Part shown: positions 49,338 to 59,064 of the stretch, in pieces
How the letters are laid out: every line of letters starts with the position of its first letter
Position numbering within the stretch: the first letter of the stretch is position 1
Assembly (NCBI GenBank): GCA_900770845.1
Contig: CAAGLS010000131.1
Span: 214-64,213 of the forward strand
DNA: 64,000 bases
Reading direction: 5' to 3'
Source of the DNA: an uncultured Prevotella sp.
GTDB lineage: Bacteria > Bacteroidota > Bacteroidia > Bacteroidales > Bacteroidaceae
Notes under the pieces: generated by a model
Seen by the model: the letters and a program-made list of their open reading frames with translations, nothing else
Database searches by the model: none
What the model was told of the DNA's origin: nothing
Position numbers and translations under genes: made by a program

Positions 49338-50083
49338 TGAACTCCAAAACGACATTGCAGCCTGAGGCGCTGCGCAGCCACTGGCAACCCAAGGGCTATA
49401 TCTTCGACTATGGCGGGACACTCGACACCAACGGCAACCATTGGGGCAAAGTGATCTGGCATGGCTATGAGCGGCAGAATATGCCAGTGGCAGAGAGCGA
49501 CTTCCGCGAGGCCTACGTCTATGCAGAGCGCAAGCTCGGACGTGAGCCCATCATCAAACCCCACTTCACGTTCAGAGAGACGCTTGCCACCAAGCTGCGG
49601 ATAGAGTTGGGCTATTTGGTGGAAAAAGGCTTTTGGAACGTGAGCGACTTTGAGCTGGAACACAGTCTGACACTGCTGCTTGACGACCTTTATGGCCAAG
49701 TGAGGGCCACCACGGCCCACAGCCGTGAGGTGCTGCTGCGGCTGAGGGAGCGTGGTCCGATGGTTTTGGTGAGCAATTTCTATGGCAACATCGCGCGGGT
49801 GCTTGAGGAGTTTCAGCTCGACGGCATCTTCGGCCACATCGTAGAGTCGGCAGTGGTGGGCGTGCGCAAGCCCAATCCCGCCATCTTCACGCTTGGAGTG
49901 GAGGCCTTGGGCATGGAGGCGGGCGAGACGCTCGTGGTGGGCGACAGCTTCAAGAAGGACATCCTGCCGGCCAAGGAGGCTGGATGCCACACCGTATGGT
50001 TCAAGGGAGAGGAATGGACGAATGAGACTTTCGACGAGTCTGTTCCCGACAGGATAATCACCAACCTGGACCAGCTGCTCTGA
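49334..50083 (+). CDS. HAD-family hydrolase (phosphatase)
   Basis: 249 aa, DxD-type HAD motif I (IFDYGGTLD) and motif IV region. ATGA overlap with the upstream gene. Confidence 0.75.
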   Translation: MMNSKTTLQPEALRSHWQPKGYIFDYGGTLDTNGNHWGKVIWHGYERQNMPVAESDFREAYVYAERKLGREPIIKPHFTFRETLATKLRIELGYLVEKGFWNVSDFELEHSLTLLLDDLYGQVRATTAHSREVLLRLRERGPMVLVSNFYGNIARVLEEFQLDGIFGHIVESAVVGVRKPNPAIFTLGVEALGMEAGETLVVGDSFKKDILPAKEAGCHTVWFKGEEWTNETFDESVPDRIITNLDQLL

Positions 50084-50282
50084 TGAGTTGGGAGGAGGAA
50101 TGTTTTAGGGTTGGGAGTTGTATGAGGAATTGTAAGGTAGGAAGCTTCCGCCATGTTGCATGGTATGGGCTTATTGCGTTGGGAGGCTTCCATGGTGTTT
50201 AATGAGGATATTTTTTTTATATTGGCAACTTCCATACAGTCAGACGATGGGAGTTCGCGGGAACCGCTCAAAATGATGAATT

Positions 50283-52898
50283 ATGAAATTTAAATTGATA
50301 TTAAGCCTCCTGATGCTGATGCTGGCCGCAAGCCCCGCGTCGGCTCAGAAGATAGAGGGCTATGTGATTGACGCCCAGACCAAGGACACGCTGATGTTTC
50401 CCAGCGCTTCCTACAAGGGCAACCATGTGGCCGTAAGCGGCAATGCCCTCGGCTACTATTCCATAGAGCGCCACGAGGGATGGTATCTCACCTTCTCGGC
50501 CGTGGGCTACGAGTCGCGCCGGATTCTCATCAAGAAGAACACGCCAAGCAGGCTCGACGTGAAGCTGCGCCCTGTGAGCCGCCAGCTCAGTGAGGTGAAG
50601 ATTACCGCCCATAAAGGAAAATACTCGCGAAAGGACAATCCCGCGGTGGAACTGATGAAGCGCGTGATTGCGGCCAAGAAACAGACCGACTTGCGCAACC
50701 ATGACTTTCTGCAATACGACAAATACCAAAAGCTGACCTTGGCCGTGAACGACATCCAGCCCGGCGACCTCGACACGGGATTCTTCGCCAAGAAGCCTTG
50801 GCTGAAGGACCAGATTGAGCGCAGCTCGTACAACAACAAGCTCATCCTGCCGCTGTCGGTAGACGAGACGGTCACAAAGTTTGTATACAGGAAAGACCCG
50901 AAGACGGAGAGGAACATCATCCTCGGCCAGAACTCCACGGGCGTGAACCAGATGATAGAGACGGGCGACATCCTCAATGTAGCCCTGAAAGACGTCTTCA
51001 CCGACGTGGACATCTATGAGGACTATGTGCGTCTGCTGCAATATCCCTTCCCGAGTCCCATTGGCAAGACCGCCATCAGCTTCTACCATTATTATATAGA
51101 GGACACGGTGTATGTGGACAACGACCTCTGCTACCACTTGCAGTTCATCCCGGCCAACATCCAGGACTTTGGATTCCGTGGCGAGCTGTATGTGCTGGCT
51201 GACTCGTCGCTCCACGTGAAGCGGTGCGACATGACCATTCCCAAGCGAAGCGACGTCAACTTTGTAGACAACCTGCAAATCTCCCAGCAGTATACCAAGT
51301 TGCCCAACGGCGAATGGGTGCTCACGAGCGATGACATGATTGTGGAGATGTCGCTTGCCAAGTTCTTGGCCAAGACCCTTGTGACCCGAGTGACCCGACT
51401 GAGCGACTACTCCTTCGACCCCATACAGGCCCAGCTCTTCAAGGGTAAGGCCAAGACCAAGCGCGAGGCCAATGCCATGATGCGCGACGAGGCTTTCTGG
51501 AACCAATACCGCACGGTGGAACTCACCAAGGGTGAGAGCGGCATGAATGCCTTCATCCATCGCATAGAGCAGTTGAAAGGTTTCAAGTATGTGATATTCT
51601 GCGCCAAGGCTCTCATCGAGAATTTCGTTGAGACAAGCAGTGGGTCGCATCCCAGCAAGGTGGACATCGGCCCCATGAACACGATTCTGACCAAGAATTT
51701 CATCGACGGCTACCGCACGCGCATCAGCGCCCAGACCACGGCCAACCTCAACAAGCACTGGTTCCTCTCGGGCTACTACGCCCATGGGTGGGACTCGAAG
51801 AAGAATTACTATAAGGCGGACCTGACCTACTCGTTCAACAAGAAAGACTATCTGCCGCGCGAGTTCCCTAAGCGCACGTTGAGCTTCACGTCGACCTACG
51901 ATGTCACCTCGCCGTCAGACAAGTTCCTCCATACCGACAAGGACAACGTGTTCACGGCATTCAAGTGGGCCACGGTCGACAAGATGATGTTCTACAACCG
52001 CCAGCAGCTCAAGTTTGAGTGGGAAGACGAGTGGGGGCTCAACTACACCGTGGCTCTGAAGACCGAGAGCAACGAGGCCGCCGGGCGAATGGGATTCCAG
52101 CGCTTGTCCGACATCGCCGCTGGCCAGCCCTCGCTCACGGAGCAGCTCTCCAAGCTGAGTTCTGATGCTGCCGGCGACTTCATCCACAACGGCAAGATAC
52201 GCACCACGGAGCTGAGTATGCAGCTGCAGTTGGCTCCCGGACGAACCTATATCAACACCAAGCAGCGCCGTCTGCCCATCAACCTCGACGCGCCCGTGTT
52301 CACCATTGGCCACACCATGGGATTCAAGGGATTCCTTGGTGGCGAATACAACTACAACCTCACGGAGGCAAGCATCTACAAACGCTTCTGGATGGGGTCG
52401 TGGGGCAAGATAGACGCTTCTGTCAAGGCGGGTGCGCAGTGGAACAAGGTGCCTTATCCGCTGCTCATCATGCCGGCTGCCAACCTGAGCTACATCGTGG
52501 AGGACGAGACATTCAACCTCGTCAACAACATGGAGTTCCTCAACGACCGCTACCTCAGTGCCGACGTGAGCTGGGACCTGAACGGCAAGATCTTCAACCG
52601 CATCCCATTGCTGAAGCGTCTGAAGTGGAGGGAATACTTGGGCGTGAAGATGCTTTGGGGCAAACTGACCGACAAGAACAATCCCTTCTTGGTCAAAAAC
52701 CAGGGCAGCGACGTGCTGATGGAGTTCCCGGAGGGGTGCAACGTGATGGATCCCAACAAGCCCTACTTCGAGATTGTGGCCGGCATACACAATATCTTCA
52801 AGTTGCTGCACGTGGAGTATGTGCGCCGCCTCAACTACAACGAACTGCCCACCGCCCATAAGCAGGGAGTCCGCTTTATGGTGAGGTTCACCTTCTAA
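50283..52898 (+). CDS. Outer-membrane-associated protein with an N-terminal carboxypeptidase-regulatory-like domain and a DUF5686-like region
   Basis: Signal peptide, CarbopepD_reg-like N-terminus (IEGYVIDAQTKDTL…), 871 aa, C-terminal F. Confidence 0.65.
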   Translation: MKFKLILSLLMLMLAASPASAQKIEGYVIDAQTKDTLMFPSASYKGNHVAVSGNALGYYSIERHEGWYLTFSAVGYESRRILIKKNTPSRLDVKLRPVSRQLSEVKITAHKGKYSRKDNPAVELMKRVIAAKKQTDLRNHDFLQYDKYQKLTLAVNDIQPGDLDTGFFAKKPWLKDQIERSSYNNKLILPLSVDETVTKFVYRKDPKTERNIILGQNSTGVNQMIETGDILNVALKDVFTDVDIYEDYVRLLQYPFPSPIGKTAISFYHYYIEDTVYVDNDLCYHLQFIPANIQDFGFRGELYVLADSSLHVKRCDMTIPKRSDVNFVDNLQISQQYTKLPNGEWVLTSDDMIVEMSLAKFLAKTLVTRVTRLSDYSFDPIQAQLFKGKAKTKREANAMMRDEAFWNQYRTVELTKGESGMNAFIHRIEQLKGFKYVIFCAKALIENFVETSSGSHPSKVDIGPMNTILTKNFIDGYRTRISAQTTANLNKHWFLSGYYAHGWDSKKNYYKADLTYSFNKKDYLPREFPKRTLSFTSTYDVTSPSDKFLHTDKDNVFTAFKWATVDKMMFYNRQQLKFEWEDEWGLNYTVALKTESNEAAGRMGFQRLSDIAAGQPSLTEQLSKLSSDAAGDFIHNGKIRTTELSMQLQLAPGRTYINTKQRRLPINLDAPVFTIGHTMGFKGFLGGEYNYNLTEASIYKRFWMGSWGKIDASVKAGAQWNKVPYPLLIMPAANLSYIVEDETFNLVNNMEFLNDRYLSADVSWDLNGKIFNRIPLLKRLKWREYLGVKMLWGKLTDKNNPFLVKNQGSDVLMEFPEGCNVMDPNKPYFEIVAGIHNIFKLLHVEYVRRLNYNELPTAHKQGVRFMVRFTF

Positions 52899-52979
52899 CC
52901 CCGTACTCTATAATCGGGAATGCCCGAAAGGAAAAGCCTCCTCTGGTTGGGATATGCCCATTCAGAGGAGGCTTTCTTT

Positions 52980-53684
52980 CTATTTGATGCCCACGTCCAC
53001 CTTGACGTGTTCGAATCCCATGCTGTGGAGGATGTTCGAGAGCTGTAGCTTGGCGTTGTCCTCCGCCGATTTGATGTTGTCGGGAGTCATGCAGCGGCTG
53101 TACATCTGATTGTAGGCTTTTTGGTACATGGCCTCGCGGTCGGCCTGGTTCCAGTCGCCCTCTTCGTAGAACGATAGGGTTCGGGCTTCATCTATGAAGT
53201 CATTGTCGAGAAGCTTGATGGGCGGCAGGGTGGCCACCACAGTGTCCTTGTCCATGGTCAGCCAGTCGCGGTGTACCTCATGCATGTTCACGCCAAGCCG
53301 CAGGGTGCCGTAGTAGATGCGCACCAAGCGGTCGTCGCCAAAGAATCCATGGCTCACCGTGTCGACAAGCTCTTCGTCGGCGATGGACAGGAACTCCCAT
53401 TCCCCGATGTCCTCTATGGATGTGATTTGGGTGGGCGAGAGTGTGACTTTGCTCTCCTTGCCCATTTCCGCATGGCTGTCGTTGATGGTGAGGCGCGCCA
53501 CAATCACCACTGTCGCAATCAGCACGGCCATGGCTGCGGCCACGGTCAAAGTGACCCGCAGTTGGTTGGCGGCTGCCCCCGTGAGGCTCTTCAGCAGCTT
53601 GTCCATTGGAGAGGGGTGGTTGCTTGGGTTGAATCCCTTGCCGTCTTCTGAATTGGGAGTGGGGTGGGAGTTATCTGTCTTCAT
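52980..53684 (-). CDS. DUF4230-like membrane-anchored hypothetical protein
   Basis: 234 aa with one TM segment. Tandem with a second DUF4230-like gene. Confidence 0.55.
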   Translation of the reverse strand: MKTDNSHPTPNSEDGKGFNPSNHPSPMDKLLKSLTGAAANQLRVTLTVAAAMAVLIATVVIVARLTINDSHAEMGKESKVTLSPTQITSIEDIGEWEFLSIADEELVDTVSHGFFGDDRLVRIYYGTLRLGVNMHEVHRDWLTMDKDTVVATLPPIKLLDNDFIDEARTLSFYEEGDWNQADREAMYQKAYNQMYSRCMTPDNIKSAEDNAKLQLSNILHSMGFEHVKVDVGIK

Positions 53685-54336
53685 GTTGTGTCATTTGTTT
53701 GATTTCGTCCAACGTAAATTCCTGTTTCCTGAAAGTCACCGTCACGTCCTTCTCCTCATATCCTAAGGCCGTACACATGGGGATGATGATTCTTGCGGCA
53801 CTGGCCCTCGACTGTTCGATGATGCGCAGCTGGGGAATGTCGGCTATCATCGCCTCGCGCCCCTGCCGCTCGATGGCAGTGAGTTCCTTGTCGGTGTATT
53901 TGTCGCGCAGCAGAGCCACGTACGACGACATGTCCTTGTGGTCTATCTTCGTACTCGTCACGACCAATTGCGGGTCGGGCAACACGATTTGGATCTTCTT
54001 GCCGTTGCGGTGGATGTTCTCCTCCGTCACCTTGCCCATGTCCACGTAGGCCTTCACGGTGGCGTCCATGGGGATGGCTACCTGTCGGGAACTGAAAGGC
54101 AGGTCAACGGAGAACTTCTTGTTGAGAAAACTCCCGTTGAGTTTCTTCACGTCGTTCTGTGTCACAATCTTGTGGATGTGGCATTCGGCCGTGTAGAGCC
54201 GGGAGTCTTTTTGTATCTGGCTCACCAGCATGGGTATGGTGTCTATCTCAGGCTGCTTTGCCTCTTGTCTGCCACTCTTCGAGCAGGAGGCCAAGGCCGC
54301 AATGATGACAAGGAATAAGAGTTTGAAAATCCGCAT
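53671..54336 (-). CDS. DUF4230-like lipoprotein
   Basis: ORF 53671..54366, start moved to MRIFKLLFLVIIAALASC (lipobox). 14-nt overlap with the downstream paralog. Confidence 0.55.
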   Translation of the reverse strand: MRIFKLLFLVIIAALASCSKSGRQEAKQPEIDTIPMLVSQIQKDSRLYTAECHIHKIVTQNDVKKLNGSFLNKKFSVDLPFSSRQVAIPMDATVKAYVDMGKVTEENIHRNGKKIQIVLPDPQLVVTSTKIDHKDMSSYVALLRDKYTDKELTAIERQGREAMIADIPQLRIIEQSRASAARIIIPMCTALGYEEKDVTVTFRKQEFTLDEIKQMTQHEDR

Positions 54337-54585
54337 GGTCGCTTTGTTTGGTTGTATGCTTCGCAAAGTTACTAAAAATATGCCAAAGTCGTCACCTCCA
54401 TCAAGAAATCTTTCTTCTTTCTGATGTGCATGAAAGAATGGCTTTTGGCGTTGCCTCTCCCCAAAATGGGTCTGGGTTGTGGGAGTAGGCGGCGGTACTT
54501 CGCCGAGGTTCTGTGGAAAAACTAACGCCGTATGCTGTGCTGTTATGGATTTTTTTATTATCTTTGCGCCAAATACGATAGATTG

Positions 54586-55158
54586 ATGAGAACTTACACG
54601 ACAACATTCTTCATGGCTCTTTGTGTGGGGCTGCTGCTTGCATCATGCAAGAAGAAGCAGGACGACACGACCATCATCATCCATAAGACGGAAGTGAGGA
54701 AACCTCGGGGGACGGCAAAGGTGGGCGACCAGACCAGAAACTATGACTTTCAGTGGCTGGGCGCCAACTATAAGGCTGTGGTGGAGCGCAAGGCCGATGC
54801 CTCTCTGCCTGTGGCCACCGACGATGAGGGAGTGAAATACTATGACAACCGAATCAGTGTGAGGATTTTGCGTGCCGACGGCAGCGTGTTCTTTGAGCGT
54901 GTCTTCTCAAAGGAAGACTTTGCTGCCAACCTCGATGAGCGTACGAAGAAGAACGGTGTGCTCTACAGCATGATTTACTCCAAGGCGGAAGGCGACAATG
55001 TGGAGCTGAAAGCCAGCGTGGGCTCGCCCAACCAGATGAGCAGCGACGACTACATCACACTTACGGTGAGGATTTCCCGAACGGGTGCTTGGAGCGTCTC
55101 AAAAGACTTGCAGCTCGATACCGAGAGCGATGGCACCGAGGGCGACATGGGTGACTAA
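54586..55158 (+). CDS. DUF4738-like lipoprotein (hypothetical)
   Basis: ORF 54532..55158, start moved to MRTYTTTFFMALCVGLLLASC because a TATCTTTG -7 box lies at 54559-54566, downstream of the first Met. Confidence 0.55.
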   Translation: MRTYTTTFFMALCVGLLLASCKKKQDDTTIIIHKTEVRKPRGTAKVGDQTRNYDFQWLGANYKAVVERKADASLPVATDDEGVKYYDNRISVRILRADGSVFFERVFSKEDFAANLDERTKKNGVLYSMIYSKAEGDNVELKASVGSPNQMSSDDYITLTVRISRTGAWSVSKDLQLDTESDGTEGDMGD

Positions 55159-55181
55159 TCAAAAATGATGATATATCCGAC

Positions 55182-55568
55182 ATGAAACTGATGACTATGC
55201 TACAGGCATATCCTTTTGATGAGCTGATGCCTGTTATTAATGAGATGTTCCCCGGAACAGCAAAGTATAAGGAGCAGTTGCGCCAAGGCTATGATTTGAT
55301 GCTTGCCATGCGGCCTGTGCCTTCCAAAAAATCCATTCGATACGAGGTGATGCGTACACCGAACAGCGACTTGGGCTATATGGGGGCTCAAGACAGTTGC
55401 TTCACCACAACCTGGGAGGTGTGTCTGGGCAAGGAGGTGACGCGCGGCAAGGGCGTGGACCTTAGCGACATCGAGATGGTCAGCAACAGCTTTGTCAATA
55501 TGTGCTTGCAAGGCCGTTATCCGAAAGAGTTTGAGCAGGCTCATAGGATTTTGATGCAGAACGACTGA
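55182..55568 (+). CDS. Hypothetical protein (128 aa)
   Basis: Co-directional with, and 23 bp after, the DUF4738-like gene. No recognisable domain. Confidence 0.45.
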   Translation: MKLMTMLQAYPFDELMPVINEMFPGTAKYKEQLRQGYDLMLAMRPVPSKKSIRYEVMRTPNSDLGYMGAQDSCFTTTWEVCLGKEVTRGKGVDLSDIEMVSNSFVNMCLQGRYPKEFEQAHRILMQND

Positions 55569-55721
55569 CGGCTCGGCAATAGGGGAAACGGAGACCATGA
55601 AAGCCTCTCTTGGCTTTTCTCCCGCCATGGAGAATAGCGAACGGTTTCCTAATCGTTTCCCAACCAACCGTTGAGGTGGAGTGGCAGCTGTTCATTTAAA
55701 TAAGGTACGACTTCAAATAAG

Positions 55722-55754
55722 AAAGGCTTAACCGACACATCGGTTAAGCCTTTT
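55722..55754. terminator. Bidirectional intrinsic terminator between the hypothetical gene and ribH
   Basis: AAAGGCTTAACCGA-caca-TCGGTTAAGCCTTTT. Confidence 0.7.
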
Positions 55755-55772
55755 CATATAGCTTTGAGTGGT

Positions 55773-56249
55773 TCAAAACTTTGCCATCTTGATTGCGTCG
55801 ACAGCACATTCCTCACCCTTGTTTCCCAATTTGCCTCCACTGCGATCCTTGGCTTGCTGCAGGTCGTTGACAGTGAGGAGACCATAGATGACGGGGGTGT
55901 TCTGGCTGGCGTTGAGACGAGCTATTCCATAGGTGACTCCTTGGCAAATGTAGTCGAAATGGGGAGTCTCTCCGCGAATCACGCAGCCGAGAATGATGAC
56001 AGCATCAAAACTCTCACTCTTGCAGAGCTGCTGTGCGCCGTAGACAAGCTCGAAACTGCCCGGCACTGTCTTCACGTGGATGTTCTCAGGAAGCGTACCA
56101 TGCTTTTCGAGCGTCTTCACCGTACCGTCAAGCAAGGCACTTGTTATCTCCTTGTTCCATTCGGCAACCACAATGCCGAAGCACATATTGCTTGCATCTG
56201 GCACTTGGGCTGAATCGTAGTCGGAAAGATGATGTAGAGCGGTAGCCAT
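55773..56249 (-). CDS. ribH: 6,7-dimethyl-8-ribityllumazine synthase
   Basis: 158 aa with lumazine synthase signatures (GIVVAEWN…, [11 protein letters not shown]). Confidence 0.9.
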   Translation of the reverse strand: MATALHHLSDYDSAQVPDASNMCFGIVVAEWNKEITSALLDGTVKTLEKHGTLPENIHVKTVPGSFELVYGAQQLCKSESFDAVIILGCVIRGETPHFDYICQGVTYGIARLNASQNTPVIYGLLTVNDLQQAKDRSGGKLGNKGEECAVDAIKMAKF

Positions 56250-56254
56250 GATTG

Positions 56255-56953
56255 TTATCTGGAAGCGCGCTCGATATAAGCGTCGATTTGTTTGGTCTGA
56301 ACAGTGTAGGAGTTCAGATAGTCTTTCTTGATCTTCTGGTAAATCTCCAAAGCCTCAGCCTTCTTGTTTTGGCTTTCGAGGATTTCGCCGGCCTGAAGCA
56401 GATAGTGGGGGGAAAGCGTGTTGTTCACACCGTCCTTGGCAGCCTTGTCTGCCATCTTTGCAGCTTTCTTGAAGCAGTCGACGGCCTTGTCCAGCTGGTT
56501 CAAGTGGGCGTAGGCGTTGCCTAAGGCATCAACTGCGTTGGGGCTGATGACGGCATCGTCGGAGGTGTCGAACTTCTCCAAATAGTTGGCAGCTTCCTGC
56601 CATTTGCCAAGGTTGGCCTCGCAGAGTCCTGCATAGAGGTTGGCCAAATTGCCGGCATCTGTGCTGCTATAGTCGTCGGCAATGCGCTTGAAGCCCGTAA
56701 AGGTGGCACCGTCGCCGTTGAGAGCCTTGTCAAACTGCTCGGCCATAAAATACTCCTGGCCTTTGGCCAGTTCAGTGCAGGCTTTGTTCTCGCGGGGGAT
56801 GGCCACGTATTGGTGATAGAGATACCAGCCAATGCCTATGACCAAAATAGCTGCGAGAACGCCGAGAATCAGCTTCCTGTTTTTATTTACCAATGTTTCT
56901 GTAGCAGACAATTGTTCATTCTGGACTGTTTCCAGATTGTTCTTCTTTGCCAT
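56255..56953 (-). CDS. Tetratricopeptide-repeat membrane protein (YfgM-like)
   Basis: N-terminal TM segment followed by TPR-like helices. 232 aa. Confidence 0.6.
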   Translation of the reverse strand: MAKKNNLETVQNEQLSATETLVNKNRKLILGVLAAILVIGIGWYLYHQYVAIPRENKACTELAKGQEYFMAEQFDKALNGDGATFTGFKRIADDYSSTDAGNLANLYAGLCEANLGKWQEAANYLEKFDTSDDAVISPNAVDALGNAYAHLNQLDKAVDCFKKAAKMADKAAKDGVNNTLSPHYLLQAGEILESQNKKAEALEIYQKIKKDYLNSYTVQTKQIDAYIERASR

Positions 56954-57131
56954 TTATTCTAATTGTTTTTGTTGTTTCTTAGTTGTCAGTGCCGTGCTTC
57001 ACGACAGGCACTATGAACCTCTAAGGATTCAGCGTGGCAAAATTACTCATTTTATTGCAGATAGTGAAATTTATTTGCTACTTTTTTTGTTTTTCACTCT
57101 CAAATCGTGTAACTTTGCATCGCGATTTATT

Positions 57132-58244
57132 ATGATACTGAAAAAGATTAGCATTATCAACTATAAGAACTTGCAGGAAGTTAGCCTGAGCCTTTCCCCC
57201 AAGATGAATTGCCTTATAGGCCCTAATGGGACGGGCAAGACCAACTTCCTTGACGCTGTGTACTACATGTCGTTCTGCCGCAGCAGCACCACCCCAATAG
57301 ACTCGCAGGTCATTCGTCACGAAGAACCTTTCTTCGTGCTTGAAGGCCATTATGAGAATGATGCCGGTGAGGAGGATGATGTCTACGTGGGCATGAAGCG
57401 GGGGGTGAAGAAACACTTCAAGCACAACAAGAAAGAGTATCGCCGTTTGGCCGACCATATTGGCTTGATTCCTCTCATCCTTGTCTCTCCAGCCGACAAC
57501 ATGCTTATCACAGGAGGAAGCGAGGAACGCCGCAGACTGATGGACGTTGTCATATCGCAGTGTGACCATATCTATATGGAGGCTTTGATGAACTACAACA
57601 AAGCCCTTCAGCAGCGCAATAGCTTGCTGAAGATGGACAACGAGCCGGACCCGGCCTTGTTGGACATCTGGGAAGAGCAGATGGCGCAAAATGGAGAGGT
57701 GATTTTCCACAAGCGAGAAGCCTTCATCAATGAGTTGGAGCCTGTGTTCCAGCACATCTACAGCAGCATATCACAAGACCGCGAGCAGGTTGCCCTGCAC
57801 TATATCTCACACGGACAGCGGGGACCGTTGCTCGATGTGATTCGTCGCGACAGGGCCAAGGACCGTATAGTGGGCTATTCGCTCCATGGGGTTCATCGCG
57901 ACGATTTGGAAATGCTCTTGGGTGGCTTCCCCATGAAGAAGGAAGGAAGCCAAGGGCAATGCAAGACTTTTGCGTTGGCGTTGAAGCTCGCCCAGTTTGA
58001 CATGCTTCGACGGACGGCCTCGCGCACCACACCGCTGCTTTTGCTCGATGACATCTTCGACAAGTTGGATGCCAGCCGTGTGGAGCAGATTGTGCGACTC
58101 GTGGCGGGCGACAGCTTCGGCCAGATATTCATCACCGATACGAATCGTGACCACTTGGACCGTATCTTGAGCCACTCCAACTTTGATTATAAACTGTTCG
58201 ACGTGATGGACGGACAGATAGAGGAAAGAAAAGAGGAATGTTGA
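57132..58244 (+). CDS. recF: DNA replication and repair protein RecF
   Basis: ORF 56832..58244, start moved to MILKKISIINYKN. Walker A GPNGTGKTN. SMC-like ABC ATPase signature. Confidence 0.88.
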   Translation: MILKKISIINYKNLQEVSLSLSPKMNCLIGPNGTGKTNFLDAVYYMSFCRSSTTPIDSQVIRHEEPFFVLEGHYENDAGEEDDVYVGMKRGVKKHFKHNKKEYRRLADHIGLIPLILVSPADNMLITGGSEERRRLMDVVISQCDHIYMEALMNYNKALQQRNSLLKMDNEPDPALLDIWEEQMAQNGEVIFHKREAFINELEPVFQHIYSSISQDREQVALHYISHGQRGPLLDVIRRDRAKDRIVGYSLHGVHRDDLEMLLGGFPMKKEGSQGQCKTFALALKLAQFDMLRRTASRTTPLLLLDDIFDKLDASRVEQIVRLVAGDSFGQIFITDTNRDHLDRILSHSNFDYKLFDVMDGQIEERKEEC

Positions 58245-58245
58245 T

Positions 58246-58536
58246 ATGAAAAGACGTGAGGTGAAGAGCATTGGCGAGTTGCTGCCGCAATTCTTGCGTG
58301 AAGAGGGATTGGAGACTCCCCTTCTTCAGAAGCGGCTGCTCGACTCGTGGGAAAGCGTAGTCGGCCCTTCGGTCGGCCGGTATACGGGAAACAAGTATAT
58401 CAGCGACCAAGTGCTTCATGTGAAGATTCTCAATCCCGCCCTACGCCAGGACCTCAGCATGATGAGGACCCAGCTCCTTAAACGCCTCAACGATGCTGTT
58501 GGGGCGAGCATCATTGTGGATGTGAGAATCTATTGA
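58246..58536 (+). CDS. DUF721-domain protein (the small recF-associated protein)
   Basis: 96 aa, immediately downstream of recF as is usual. Confidence 0.7.
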   Translation: MKRREVKSIGELLPQFLREEGLETPLLQKRLLDSWESVVGPSVGRYTGNKYISDQVLHVKILNPALRQDLSMMRTQLLKRLNDAVGASIIVDVRIY

Positions 58537-59063
58537 ACCACTTCGTCCATCACCACATCATATTTGTCAGAGGGCACTTCTTCCAATTTTTGGAATGGAA
58601 AACACACACCTATTTTATATAAGGAAGGTGCCTTTGCGAGGAAACGGTCGTAGTAGCCTTTGCCGCGGCCGAGTCGGTGTCCATTGGCATCGAAACTCAT
58701 GCCGGGAATGAGAGCCACGTCGATTTCCTGCAGCTTGGTGAAAGTCTTACCCGTAGGTTCCAAGATGTGGTAACAATCTTCCTGCATACTCTCCGGCCCC
58801 GTGTATTCATGCAACTCCATCTCGTTGTCGGGTAGCACCACAGGCAGCAGTACCCGCTTGCCTTGGGCTACAAGCTGGTCCACAGCATCATGGGTGTAGA
58901 CCTCGTCGGGCAGGGAGTAATAGAACAACACCGTATGCGCAGCCCTCACTTTGGGATGGTTGAGCAGACGGTCGATGATGGCAAGCGACATTTCACGAAG
59001 CTGCTGCTGCGTGAATTGTCGCTTGCGTTGACGTATTTCCTTTCTGAGTTCTGACTTATCCAT
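58530..59063 (-). CDS. 5-formyltetrahydrofolate cyclo-ligase
   Basis: 177 aa with MTHFS family motifs (…LLPVV…, GRGKGYYDR). Confidence 0.85.
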   Translation of the reverse strand: MDKSELRKEIRQRKRQFTQQQLREMSLAIIDRLLNHPKVRAAHTVLFYYSLPDEVYTHDAVDQLVAQGKRVLLPVVLPDNEMELHEYTGPESMQEDCYHILEPTGKTFTKLQEIDVALIPGMSFDANGHRLGRGKGYYDRFLAKAPSLYKIGVCFPFQKLEEVPSDKYDVVMDEVVQ

Positions 59064-59064
59064 A

